A program made the position numbers and the translations under genes. 64,000 bases of DNA from Callorhinchus milii (taxonomy: Eukaryota): the NCBI RefSeq assembly GCF_018977255.1, contig NW_024704742.1:107696001-107760000 (forward strand). The letters are read 5' to 3'. The notes beneath the pieces are model-generated. The model saw only the letters and a list, made by a program, of their open reading frames with translations. It ran no database searches and had not been told where the DNA came from. Shown piece by piece: positions 23,001 through 35,752 of the stretch. Every line of letters begins with the position of its first letter. Within the stretch, counting starts at the first letter, position 1.

Positions 23001-24616
23001 TGCTAAGCCCAAAGCAAATGTTCATATAGTGCATATCAGTCACCAAATCTGATTAATAAAGTTATAGGATCACTTATATCAATGCTAAATTTAAAATATT
23101 AGTCTGACTCGGCAAAATTAAATAAGGTAAAATCAGATAAATTCAAAACCTTCTCAAATTATTGACTGCAAAAGCTGGCCACAAGTCACTAGTCATAAAA
23201 TTGTTGGCCATAAAACAACTTTTGCTAGCATTCAGGATTATTTCTATTGAAAAAAATATTTTTTTTACACACAAATTTCGGCACAAATTGAAAGTCGAGA
23301 TTTACTTGCCAACTTTGATTCATGAATGCATTTTGGAGGCACGAGTAAATTAGGAAGAATTCTAGGCAGACCACGACATGTAATTTTATCAAGTAAAGTA
23401 ATTGTGTTTCTTTAACTTGTACCAAGCTTTGACTATTGCTTTTGAACGAGAATCAAAATGTTTGCATCTCCTCCCAAATTACTGATGAAAAATGAAAATA
23501 TTCCATGTGGAGAATATCTCTTAAAACAAGCTCCACTCAGTAAATCAAAGGCTGACAATTGTATTCAAAGAAGCAGGTGATGATGCTATCCTGGTGATCT
23601 AAAAAATCAATTTAAATTAATTTGTTAAACAGACTACAAATAATTATTGGGATAGATGAAGAATGCTGCCAACAGTTCAATTAAACTGTGAGCAAATTTT
23701 TATTCATTAACAATAAACAGCTGAATGTTTCAGGAGAAATGGCTAATTTATTTAATGAATACAAAATACACAAGAGCCAAACGTTTTTCATGTTAGGCTT
23801 GTTTTAACCTAGATTTTAAAGTCAAAAAAATAATTTCATTGCATGCTATCCTACCACCCTGTTATGTTGAATGCGGTATAGTAGGGTAGGGTGTTGAAAC
23901 ATTGTATTGCCAAGTTCTAGCTATTTTTTGGTTCAAAAATTGATAGTAATAGAGATTATATTTATCGTCCCAGTCATTTTTAAAGCATAATACAATGAAA
24001 AGCATCAGTAAATTTTACTAGTGTTTAAATTTAATGATCTTATCAGAAGTCAGGTTTTCATGCACAGAATCTATAGAGCAACTTTCACTGAATTTCAGGA
24101 ATATATTCATCTCTTGGTAGAGGGTCTTTAATGGTTTTGTGTTTTTTTTAGCAATGAAAAGCATATGATGGTGTCCATTAGTGTGTTTTACTTTCTGACA
24201 TTTCTAGTTCAGTTTGATAATGTTGAAGAATTTGAGGAGAAATAAGCCAGTCAGTTGTGGGTAATCATCTAGAATCTATAAACATGTTTTTCAATCACAG
24301 AACAGAGGGCAGTGCTGAGGAGCTAACAGAGAAGCAGCATTAAATAACGCATTATTAAATTGCTTTCCATGAAATAGCTTGACCTTTGGCAGATTGTATT
24401 GTTTTGCAGAGTAGCAATCTGGAACGCAGCACTTGGCCCATTGTTCGATTCAACTGAAAAACAGTGCGTGTTTGTTAGGAATTTGTCAGAGTACTTTAAA
24501 AAGCAACCAATAAGTTTAATCGTTATTTTTTACCCAGACTCACAAAGCTGTTTCCAGTCAAATGGATTATAGTGCCTGAAATTCCATATCATCTTAGTTC
24601 CTAAGAGCATTTTATC

Positions 24617-24948
24617 GTGGAGTCCTGTAGCTCAGTGGTTAGAGCACTCGCTTTACAAGTGAGAGACCTGAGTTCAATTCCAGTCAGGGCGAAACCTTGG
24701 GCAAGTTTCCTTACTCCACACAGAGCCTAATAATAATCCCTCCAAAACAAAACAATAATAAATTGGTTATTTTCAATCTACCACTGTTTGTGGGACATTG
24801 CAGTGCACAATTGGCTGCCGCGTTCGCCCACAAATATACAGTCAATTCACTTTACAGTGTGTTCTGTGAAGCGCTTTGGGACGTCCTCCCGATGTGAAAA
24901 GCGCTATAGCAAATGCAAGGATTATATTATATTTATTATTATTATTAT
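24617..24948 (+). mobile_element. Young tRNA-derived SINE, short subtype
   Basis: Full head, Deu core, gggacgtcctcccga-type tail; ttatc on both flanks (TSD-like). Confidence 0.95.
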
Positions 24949-25302
24949 CTTAAAACTTAAGATGAACAAAAATGTAGAAAATTCTTAAATTTAATTTAAT
25001 TTGGAAGGCAGTTCTTTTAGCTACAGTTCTTTGAAAGCATTGTCTTATCAATTTGAGACTGAATTTAAGAATTTTCCACAATTTTACGATCTTAAATTTA
25101 AGGAAAAATGGCCTTAAAGACAAACATTAGGTGGAATTTTGCCCTGGGAGTTTTCTAAACCTTAACCTAGGAACGCATAAGATTGGAAAAGTCTATTGCA
25201 GTCCATTTACCTGAGACCATATAGTGTAAAAATAATCTATTACTCTATTCTCTTACAAACATAATTAATAAATGTCATGCCACAAAATAATATTCATTGT
25301 CC

Positions 25303-25671
25303 TGGAGTTCTGTAGCTTGGTGGTTAGAGCACTCAGCTCACTAGCGAGAAGATCCTAGTTCGATTCCCGGGCAGAGGGAAATGTTGGGCAAGTTTCCTTA
25401 CTCCACACGCCTCTGTTTGCCTAACAGTAAGTAGGAACACAGTTGTGAAGTCGATTGGTGGATCACTTTTCCGGGGGTAATAATCTCTTAAAAATATGTG
25501 TATAATAATGATTTGGTCACTCAATCTACGACTGTTTGTGGAACACTGCTGTGCGCAATTGGCTGCTGCGTTTCACCCACAAAACATCCGGTCAATTCAC
25601 TTCACAGTATATTCTGTGAAGCACTTTGAGACATCCAAAAGACATGATAAGGTGTTATATCAAATGCAAGG

Positions 25672-25731
<60 letters not shown>
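25303..25731 (+). mobile_element. Young tRNA-derived SINE, long subtype, with long (ATT)n tail
   Basis: Full structure; about 20 ATT units; attgtc on both flanks (TSD-like). Confidence 0.95.
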
Positions 25732-25739
25732 GTCATCCA

Positions 25740-26030
25740 GTGTCAGCCTGGCTCAATGGTAGCACTCTTGCCTCTAAATCAGAGTTCAAGTTCCATGTCA
25801 GGCATGGAATTGCATTGTCAGAGATGCCATCTTTTGGATGGACAAGATGTAATCCAAGGTCCTATATGTCTGTTCAGGTGGACGTTAAAGATCTCATGGC
25901 ACTACTCAAAAAGATAAGGGAGTTTCTACCAGTGTCCAGGCCAACAATCTCCCAAATAAAATTGGTCATTCACTTCATGGCTGTTTGTGGAACATTGTTG
26001 TGTTTAATTGGACTATCGCATTCACCCGGG
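25740..26030 (+). mobile_element. Old Deu-SINE, truncated at its 3' end by an L2
   Basis: gtgtcagcctggctcaatggtagcactcttgcctct head; gttcaggtggacgttaaagatc. Confidence 0.8.
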
Positions 26031-26885
26031 ATGGGGGGTTGGGATCAGGGAGGGTGGAGGACAGAGAGGATAGAAGGGTGGACGAAAGCACTGTCAAACA
26101 GGAGGGTCTTGAGGCTCTCCTTGAAGGAGGCAAGGGAGGGAGCGAGGCAAAGGGAATGTGGGACAGAGTTCCAGAGGGTGGGGACAGAGAGGCTGAAGGC
26201 CCATCCACCGATGGTGGGATGGGCTGGGCGGGGGACATGGAGGAGGCTGGAGCCTGCTGAGCAGAGGGAGCGGACAAGATGATAAGGGGTCAGCAGGTCG
26301 GAGGTAGGAGGGGGCAAGGCCATTGAGGGCCTTGAAGGTGTGGCAAGAATTCTGAACACGATCCTCCGAGGGATGGGGGGGGGGGGGGCAGTGGAGCCAG
26401 ACAAGGGTGGGGTGATGGGGTCATGGAGCCTGATGCGGGAGAGGACATGAGCTGCAGAGCTCTGGATGATCTGTAGCTTGTGGAGGGAAGAGTTGGGAAG
26501 GCTGACAAGCAGGGCGTTGGTATAGTCAAGCCTGGTTGTAATGAAGGCATGTATGAGGGTTTCAGCAGTCTGAGGGGTAAGGCAGTGGCAGAGTCGGGCA
26601 ATGTTGTGGATGTGGGGGAAGTACAGAGCAGGTTATGGCATGGCACCTTTGACAATGCAACTCCCTGCCACCTCTCTGCCTTCCCTCACCCCTAACCCAT
26701 CCCTCCCCCATGCTCGGGTCCTGACCTCTGACTGGCCCGACGTAAAAGGCTCTCTATAAATATAATTTTGTTGTTGGTGATCTGGGAGAGAAAGGACAGT
26801 TGAGGGTTGAACAAGATGCCTAGATTCCTAACTGGCTTGGTGAGGTGGAATGTGCATCTGTGGATGCTGATGCTGCCAGTGCCTG
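26030..26885 (-). mobile_element. L2 LINE 3' region, with an oppositely oriented short L2/SINE tail at about 26640-26775
   Basis: IGGWAFSLSVPTLWNSVP, SFKESLKTLLFD and VRNLGILFNPQLSF. Confidence 0.85.
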
Positions 26886-27745
26886 CACAACAACAACAAC
26901 AACTTACATTTATATTGTACCCCTCATGCAGGGTAGCATTCCAGAGCAACAGATCAGTGTAGGATGGGCACTTTCCCTATTTACCTCTACTCACCACTTG
27001 CTTCATCCTGGATTTCACAAATGGGCAAAGGAAACCACTCCTCATGCCAAGGAGTTCAGAGTCAAGATGGAGAACTCTTTGGAAACATGCCTATGTGCTA
27101 TAAGCGTAATCTGCATTGGGAACTTGCTGTCCTTGATGAGAGAGGAGAATGACCAGAATGAACTTAGGTGAAAAGGGCCCATCCCTCCAGAAAGGGAACG
27201 CACATTCCATTCCAAGCACAGAGACATTTTCATGCTCAGGTGGCATACATATGCGGAACTCTCAATCTACTTTGGATATCCTTAAGCATGGTGATGGATT
27301 TCTGCATATGTCAGACAACAACAACAAAATTATATTTGTATAGCGCCTTTCACGTGGGGAGGACGTCCCAATGTCTCCAGACACACGGAACTGACGAAAA
27401 AAATCCTTTAAAATATTGCTATGGTTTCCGATTCAGCAGTTATTCGTAGTAATATATTCCACATTCTAAAAATCATCTGTATTTAACATCGTTTACTTCC
27501 CATGAGGCCATAATGAAGCATTCTCTTGGCCCCTCTCCCCCCCCCCACGAACATCATTTCACACAAGTTTAGGTAAGTCCGTGTTTGATCAGTAGCGTGT
27601 TTTAAATTTTTTCTTAATTGAATATTTCTTGATTTGTGGCATGAATCAATATTCAATGAAAAATAATTTCCACTAGGTTAAGCATTGAAGCTGCTCGGAA
27701 GAGCTGCTCATCTTTGTCATAAAGTATAGAGGAGGTGGAAATAGT

Positions 27746-27819
27746 AGTTTCAACATGTAATACTGAATAGCTTGTGAAGCAGCTGCTTCACAAACTATTC
27801 AGGATTACATGTTGAAACT
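27746..27819. repeat. 74-bp near-perfect palindrome with no spacer
   Basis: 37-bp arms with 2 mismatches, centred on CAGCTG. Confidence 0.95.
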
Positions 27820-28207
27820 CTCTGGCAAGATATTACAGGTTTAACACATGTTGTCTAGGTGATGTCTTGCATTGTAGGATTCTGGTTCAATGCAATTTGT
27901 GCCATTCACCTCTCAGGCAGGGGGGAAAAAACACAAGATGGTGAGAACATAGCAATAAAACATTGTTATGGCTTATCTAACACAAATTTACCTTTGATAC
28001 CAGAAGCTGGCAATACTTAAAAAGATAATTAAACCCAATAAATTTCCCCCACACAAGTACCTCTGATTTATATTATCTGAAATTGAACTTCAGCCAGTTT
28101 TTGGAGTTAACATTTCACTTTTTTTTCTCCAACTTCACTTCAAAACACATAGTTGAAGAAGGAAGGTTCTAAACTAGTGCAATTTTGACCACAATGTGGG
28201 ACAGCTG

Positions 28208-28695
28208 CTACAACAACAACAACAACACAAATTGCATTTATAGAGCGCCTTTCCTGTCGGGAGGACATCCCAAAGTGCTGAACAGTTAGGTGTCGGGGCG
28301 TGGGGGAGGGGTGGTGTAGGGGTGAGGGAAGACAGAGAGGGGGGAGGGAGACCAAAGCCACGGTCAAAGAGAAGGTCTTGAGACCGACCTTGAAGGAGGC
28401 CAGGGAGGAAGCGAGATGAAGGGACCATGAGATGGAGTTCCAGAGTGTGGAGGCAGAGAGCCCGGCCACCGATGGTAGGATGGGTCGGGCGGGAGACATG
28501 GAGCCCACTGAACGGAGGGTGCGGACAGGTTGGTAGGGAGTCAGCAGGTCAGAGAGGTAGGAAGGGTCAAGGTTATGGAGGCCTTAAAGTTGAGGATGAG
28601 AATCTTGAACTCGATCCTCTGGGGGATGGGGAGCCAGTGGAGTCTGGCGAGGGTGGGAGTGATGGGGTCATGGAGTCTGGTGAGCGAGCAGATAT
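28208..28695 (-). mobile_element. L2 LINE 3' fragment
   Basis: ITPTLARLHWLPIPQRIEFKIL; (CAA)n tail on plus at 28210-28228. Confidence 0.9.
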
Positions 28696-28700
28696 CAGAC

Positions 28701-29716
28701 TGTTTTATTATTATTCGTTCGTTATTCCCCAATATCCCGATGGGTCAGACCAAAGGCCGGTACAATCAACAGATCTTATAACAGAATAACACCACTATAG
28801 ATATCTCGAGTTCAAGAGTTCAACACTGTGTCTTTATAGCACACAAGCTTGATTCTTCATGCTTTCAGTCTTCTTGCTTACAGCTTTCAATCTTCCATCT
28901 GATATCCTCAGTCTTAGTGTTTCTAGCTCTCAGTCTTCCATCTCCGTATCCTTGTCTCCACGACCCGGGACGGGCCCATCTCCCGTACCCTTGTCTCCGC
29001 GACCCGGGACGGCCCCATCTCCCGTATCCTTGTCTCCGCGACCCGGGACAGCCCCATCTACCGTATCCTTGTCTCCACGACCCGGGATGGCCCCATCTAC
29101 CGTATCCTTGTCTCCACGACCCGGGACGGCCCCGTACACAAAGTTAACGGAACTCTTATACCGATGTTCATTCAATCATGGTGCGGACATTAGATCACCT
29201 GGCTGAAATCATGCTGGGTGTACGTGAACACCTCATGGGGTGTACGTGCCTCAGCACACATACACATTGTCCTGAAGACCCCTGTTATCTGATCTGATTG
29301 TCTAAGATAGAGGATTGATCAGTTTAGGGCTGTATCTGGTGCTCATTATTTTGTGGTGTGGGATCATTAGTACATTCCTTTTAAGTGACTGGTTATTTCT
29401 TATCAGTATCCCGGGATGGTACCAAGGTCCTCTAGTTTAAGCAACTTGCTCATTAGTTGCTATTTTTGAGGGTTGCCTTCTGTTGCTTGGCAGGCCCTGT
29501 CAAAATCTAGCGACTTATGGCTAAGTCGAGATCCTGTGTCGACCGGGTACCTTGGACCGTTACCTCTGTGGGCGTGTTGTCATTTACTGATAAGAGGTGA
29601 GCCCCTGCCCCTGTCTGTTATTCTTTCAAAAACAGAGAAAACCAGATGTGTCCTATCCCATGACTGTCAGTCCAGTTGTCCCCCACACTTAACTAAAAGT
29701 TAACCCATTCACAACA
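28701..29716 (-). mobile_element. Candidate solo LTR (about 1 kb) with an internal 39-bp tandem array
   Basis: TGTT...AACA ends, CpG-rich interior, minus-strand TATAAG near 29160 and TATAAA near 28835; no matching TSD found. Confidence 0.55.
28938..29135. repeat. 39-bp GC-rich minisatellite, about 5 units
   Basis: Unit cccatctcccgtatccttgtctccrcgacccgggacggc; gives the (SLSPRPGTAPSPV)n ORF. Confidence 0.97.
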
Positions 29717-29956
29717 TATATTATGATTCTAGCATTATACAAAAAGTGTATATTCTAACAAGACATAGGATGGGAGGGAAGGAGACACTGCTATAAGCTA
29801 TACTATATACTGTACCTGCTACCAGGGATTCAAACCTGGCGGGCGGAATTGACGTCACACAGAATGGCGGGAAAATCCTGAAGTCCAAAATGGTGGCTCC
29901 CCCTGACCAGCTGCTATCCCTAAAGTATGTTGCCTATAATGTCAGTATTGCCAGAG

Positions 29957-30370
29957 TGTCAGTCTGGCTCAGTCAGAAGTCGTCTCACCGCTAAGTTGGA
30001 AGATTGTGAGTTTGACTTTGAACCCATATAGTCTTGGTTCACACTCCAATGTAGTGCTGGGGTGTGCTGCATTATTAGAGGTGCCAGATGTTAAACTGAA
30101 GCCTTCACCTGTTCATGTGGACGTTAGAGTACTATTTGAAAGGAGTTTTTTCCAGAGTTCTGGCCAATAGTCTCCAAAATAAAATGGCTCATTCACTTCA
30201 AGGCAAGTTGTAGGAGACCACAGATTTGCACACACCAATCTGTGTGCAAATTGGGTGTTGTGTTCACCCACAAAATTTGCATTCGCTACACTTTCCACTA
30301 TATCCTATGAAGAGCTTTGAGACTTACTCCCGACATGAAATATGCTATATCAAATGGAAGGATTATTATT
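29957..30370 (+). mobile_element. Old Deu-SINE
   Basis: gtgtcagtctggctcagt head through the tatatcaaatggaaggattattatt tail. Confidence 0.75.
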
Positions 30371-30507
30371 GGTATCTGCCGGAGGATTCAATCATTTAGG
30401 AAACTGGTTCAGTTCAGTTGCTGGATTGATAAAGATCCTATTTTCAAATCATAGATTTCAACTCTATGTAAGGGAAGAGTCCCATGAGACAAACAGAATC
30501 TGTTACA

Positions 30508-30922
30508 GTAATAATCCTTGCATTTGACATAGCACCTTATCACGTCTTCTAGATGTCTCAAAGCGCTTCACAGAATACACTGTAAAGTGAATTGACTATA
30601 TTTTGTGGGCGAAACGTGGTAGGCAATTGCACACAGTAGTGTCCCAAAAACAGTCGTGGATTGAGTGATCCAATTATTATTAGATTTTTGTTTTATGAAG
30701 GGATTATTACTCCCTTTGTTTTGTTTTAAGAAGGCATTTGGTACATGTTCTAGGTAAAGCCACCCACCAATCAACTAACTTCCGGATTCCTACTTACTGA
30801 CAAGTAAACAGGTGTGTGTGTGGAGTAAGGAAACTTGACCAATGTTTCGCCCTGCTGGGAATCTAACCCAGGTCTCTCGCTTGCGAGACGAGTGCTCTAA
30901 CTACTGAGGTACAGGACTCCAC
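30508..30922 (-). mobile_element. Young tRNA-derived SINE, long subtype
   Basis: Reverse-complement copy ending ...acaggactccac. Confidence 0.92.
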
Positions 30923-31351
30923 CTTAATACTACTGTAATAAAATGATTCTGATATTTGAGTTGCTTTATCATGATAATCTTTGTATTTTGGTACAGAGAG
31001 TGAACACCCAAATCTAAAGAACTGGTGGTTTCAGAGGCAAAGAAGTCACTATAGACCTGCCAGCACTCCAAAGGTTAGGTGGATTGGTAATAATATTTTG
31101 TAGCATTGTGACTTAAAGTGCTGGTGGTGTGAGTGTTTTAAATATCAGAAATTACCGAATAACTAAAGTTTATAATTAGCTAAATTAACATGTATTGTTC
31201 TATTAAATCTCAATCTGGAAATGCAGAGTGGAGATAATACAGTAGTTGTAAGAACCCTTACCTCCTAAACTGTAATGTAAAATTAGTGTCAGTCAGAATA
31301 TAGGGCCCTTTAATACCATCAGCTATGAAGCATCAATGTGAAAAGCTCACC

Positions 31352-31676
31352 AATAATAATAAATATAATAATCCGTGCATTTGATATAGCGCTTTTCACG
31401 TCGGGAGGACGTCCCAAAGCGCTTCACAGAACACACTGTAAAGTGAATTGACTGCACATTTGTGGGTGAACGCGGCAGCCAATTGCGCACAGCAATGTCC
31501 CACAAACAGTCGTAGATTGAAAATGACCAATTTTATCATTGTTTTTGGTTTTGAAGGGATTATTATTAGGAGTGTGGCGTAAGGAAACTTGCCCAAGGTT
31601 TCGCCCTGCCTGGAATTGAACTCAGGTCTTTCGCTTGCAAAGCGAGTGCTCCAGCCACTGAGCTACAGGACTCCAC
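31352..31676 (-). mobile_element. Young tRNA-derived SINE, short subtype
   Basis: Reverse-complement copy, very similar to 55699-56029 and 24617-24948. Confidence 0.95.
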
Positions 31677-32234
31677 AGTACTGTACATAATTTGTTTCAA
31701 TAGGACTAACTGATAAGGATATCAAATGCAAGGATTATTATTATTACTTCCACGTTCCAGATTTTCCACGTAAGTGTGGAAAGACAGAAACCAGCAATCC
31801 TTGTGAAAATTCATTAAAGGAATATATGTGGTGCCTGGAGACAAGGTGACAAGCATTTGAATGTACATCAAGTCTTGGAGTTGAATTATAAATTACTATT
31901 GAATGCAACTAGCCTTCTACACAGAGATACCAATAAGTATGGGGGGAGTGGAGGGGGGCAATGCAGCCAATTATCCTCCAAATAAAATTGTTCATTTATT
32001 TTATGGCTGTTCATAAGACACTGCTGAGCACAAACTGGCTGCTGCCTTTGCCCACAAAATATACAGTAATTTACAGCTTATCCTATGAAGCGCTTTGATT
32101 CATCCTCCCGAGGTAAAAGGTGCTTATTGTTATTATATTCTATTTACTCAGTCTGACAAGGAGTTCTTAAAACACAGAAATGCTGCCAGTACAATATGGG
32201 GTGACAATTGTGATAAATTGTGGTCCAAAAAAAC

Positions 32235-32430
32235 ATTTGGTCATTCAATCCACAACTGTTTGTGGGACACTGCTGTGCACAATTGGCTGCCGCATTTCGC
32301 CCACAAAATATACAGTCACATCACAATCAATTCACATTACAGTATATTCTGTGAAGCGCTTTGAGACAACTCGAAGACGTGATAAGGTGTTATATGAAAT
32401 GCACCAATTGTTATTATATTATTATTATTA
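32235..32430 (+). mobile_element. Young SINE 3' half
   Basis: Deu core and (ATT)n tail. Confidence 0.85.
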
Positions 32431-32432
32431 CC

Positions 32433-33211
32433 TGTGATGGGTTCATTTACACTTATCATCGTTACTAAACTCAAAGTGAGCCTCTATCCTGCTAACCAGC
32501 AGCTCAAAGCCACAATCTGTGAGTCAGAAGATAAATGGGTGACTTGACCATATGGGGCATGTCCACCTCCAGCACATCAAGGTAATTCATAGAACATAGC
32601 GCAGAAGGGGGACATTCGGCCCACCTGTTCTGTCACTGTGCACCCAATTTGTAGTCCTCTTGAAATGAATCACCTCACTTCTTTGCATTGCACCGACTGT
32701 ATTGTGTTAGAATATATGTGTAGTAAACTATTTTAAGGCAGAATCACATAGAATTGTAACCGTTAAATTGTTGAGCTTGCCTATATGAATCAAAGTGGTG
32801 GATAGCACCATCTGTCAATGAGTTAAGTTGTTGTAACAATACAGTGTTGAAGTAAGATAACCACTACCAGCTGTCATGCTTGACCCCTTGCCTAATTATA
32901 AAAGGTCTACGTGGTCTACGTCCTGATCAGAGATTGGATGACCAAAGAGGCATGAAACATGTCACGGATAAGATCAGAAAGGTATAAAGTTGAAAGGTTG
33001 CTAGGAAACTAAGGGCAGCAGATTCAGCAGGGAACCAGGCACGTAGAGACAGGGAGCCAAAGTATGCTGACGGTTCCAGAATCAGGTAGTATATGTTATA
33101 TGTATTGTCTCTATTCTGTACTGAATGCTTTGAATAAACTAAGTTAGCCACAACTTTAATAATGTCTGGTCATTCGACACGAATAACGGGATTCAAAATC
33201 CAAACACTTGA
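32433..33211 (+). mobile_element. Candidate solo LTR (about 780 bp)
   Basis: Starts TGTGATGGG; TATAAAAG at 32897; AATAAA at 33133; tacc on both flanks; 3' end reads GA rather than CA (alternative end AAACA at 33206). Confidence 0.5.
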
Positions 33212-33271
33212 TACCTCCCTTTGCATGGCTTTTCTTCCTACTTTTGATCTTCCTCATTTGTGTACATCAGT

Positions 33272-33395
33272 GGGCTAAATTTGGGTGGGTGTTACATGTA
33301 GCAGAATTGACGATGCCATGCATCGGTGGGGTTACCACATTATAATCGCATAGCACAAAAATCACTATTCACAATGGCAACCAGAATTACAGCCC
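33272..33395. mobile_element. Candidate short MITE
   Basis: gggctaaattt ... aattacagccc terminal inverted repeats. Confidence 0.4.
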
Positions 33396-34245
33396 TCTGG
33401 TTTACAAACAGGATTATTTAATAGACAATAGATCCATATAACAATGGGTACTCTCCGCTTTACCATCTGCATTTATTAAAGTAATAGATATGTGAGCAAC
33501 TTCATTCTATTGAATTATATTTGGGTGAAGCCTTTCCACATGAGATTGACTCATTATTGTGCTTTTGAGTTTCAAAGAAAATGGATGATTGATGTAGAGC
33601 TACAGAATTCATTTTGTGGAGATCGAAACATTTCCCCAGTCCATGTACCAAATCAATGGAACCTAACAGCAAAAGGCACAAAACAGATGAAACCTTACAA
33701 AAAAATCCAATCCATTCCTAAATTAGAGGGATTGTTTTTTACACGCATATGGCTGTTAGACCTTGTCAGTGATGGTAAGCTGCTGTGTATGGTCACATTT
33801 ATGTGGCCCTACATGGGAACTTTCAGGAATAATAATTAGTAGAGCACCTTTCACATCAGGAGGATTGTTCAAAGAGTTTCATAGAATATACTGTAAAGTG
33901 GAGTGACTGTTTGGTTTGGAGTGAACAAAACAAGAAAGAACAATAATGAACACCAATTCAATAACAAAGGTGGAAATAAAACTGGTTTTGAGTATTTGCA
34001 GGTGGAAGTTGTTTCCTTTTGAGTCAAGTCATGTCGAAAGGCAATGTGCTTCACGAGAAATATTATGAGTAAAGAGATACACTGAGAAACTCAGAATGAT
34101 TCTCGTTTTTATGGGGCTCTTCAAATCTTAAAAATACAGAATTTACACAAAATTAAAACAATTAAAGGGTATTTTACTGCACAATGTGCTTTAATGAGAA
34201 CAAATTAGAAAGCAATTGAGAATAATAGTTGAATAATGCACATAA

Positions 34246-34615
34246 CTGTAGCGTAATGGTTAGGGCACTCACCTAGCCTCGCAAGTGAGAGGACCTGGGT
34301 TCGATTCCCAGCAGGGCGAAACGTTGGTCAAGTTATCTTACTTCACATGCCTCTGTTTACCTAGCAGTAAGTAGGAACCTGGTTGTTAGTTGATTGGCAG
34401 ATCACTTTTCTGGGGATATTAATTCCTTAAAAAATAATAGTAAATTGGTCAGCCAATCCATGACTATTTGTGGGACACTGCTGTGCGCAATTGGCTGCCG
34501 CGTTTCGTCCACAAAATATACAGTCAATTCACTTCACAGTATATTCTGTGAAGCACTTTGAGACATCTCAAAGACATGATAACGCGTTATGTTAAATCTA
34601 AGGATTATTATTATT
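34246..34615 (+). mobile_element. Young tRNA-derived SINE, long subtype
   Basis: B box gggttcgattccc, internal segment, Deu core, tail. Confidence 0.93.
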
Positions 34616-34759
34616 GTTTCAATAAAAGCTTCCAAGTTATAACTGAATGTAAGAATTTTCCACAATTTTGCACCATATTAAATTTTAAGACAAAATGGTC
34701 TTACTAGCAAAACCAGATCAAATTTACAGCCTCATATGTTACATGGACATGCAAATGGC

Positions 34760-35175
34760 TCAGATTATAGCAATCTTGACTGTAAATTAGAAGGTTGTGG
34801 GTTCAAGCTCCATGTTGGGACTTTGAGCTCATTGACCAGGCTGACACTCTGGTGCAGTCCTTCTGCTGCTGGTCCTTTGGAGGAGATATTAAACTGAGTT
34901 CCCATCTACCTCTTCAAGGTGGAAGTTAAAGATCACATGGCACTGTTCGAAAAGAGAATGGAGTTTCTCCTGGTGTCCTGGCCAGCAATGCCCCAATTAA
35001 GATAAAACTGGTCATTTGCGTCTGTTAGTGGGACATTGCTGTGTGCAAATTGGCTGCTACATTTAATTACAAGATACACAGTCACTACAATTTACAGCAA
35101 AATCTTGTATAGCACATTGAGATGTCCTCCCGATATAAAACGCACTATAACAAACACAAGGAATATTATTAATTA
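34760..35175 (+). mobile_element. Old Deu-SINE, near full length
   Basis: gaaggttgtgggttcaagc head; ggagtttctcctggtgtcctggcc; gggacattgctgtgtgcaaattggctgc. Confidence 0.8.
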
Positions 35176-35752
35176 TAATGACTCGGAGTGAAACCCATAC
35201 GAAACTGCTGCTATGTTGCCCCATTGTCTGGATCGTCTCATAAATAATTTCCTCACATCCACTGGACCTAAATAATAAAACAATCGTGTCTCGGTACGTC
35301 TGACTTTTAAAGGTCTCATGTTACACCTCATTGTTGATTCATTTGAATATGAAAGATAAGAGTTCTTCTACAGCAATTAGGCTGAGTTTCTCTTTAGCCT
35401 CAATAGAACGATGCCTGGGTGGAGAGCGATGCATCCTAAAACAAAATAGATTTAGATAAACATAAACTGAATTAACATATGCCTTTTGTTTCACAGAAGA
35501 AATCTAGGTATTACTAAATATTTAGCAGGGCAAGGTCGGGGGGAGGGGGGTTTGAAGGAGTGTTTGGGCAGAATGGTAAGGGTACACCTGCAGACTGACA
35601 GCATTAATATAAGCTAGTTATTATATTTTTTAAATATGGTTAATATTTATCAGCAGTACTCAAAAACTGCGAATGAAATTTCAGGAAGGTGTTTTAAGGT
35701 GTTCCGAGCGCCGAGATTGCAATGGTGAACATTATTTCAAACAGCAGATATC

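Noticed and set aside
25496..26282. Poly-Tyr/poly-Leu ORFs and the recurring [14 protein letters not shown] peptides
   Set aside because: Translations of SINE bodies and (ATT)n tails
27686..27725. Possible hammerhead (gatgag plus stem) on the minus strand
   Set aside because: No CUGA start and no GAAA after the stem
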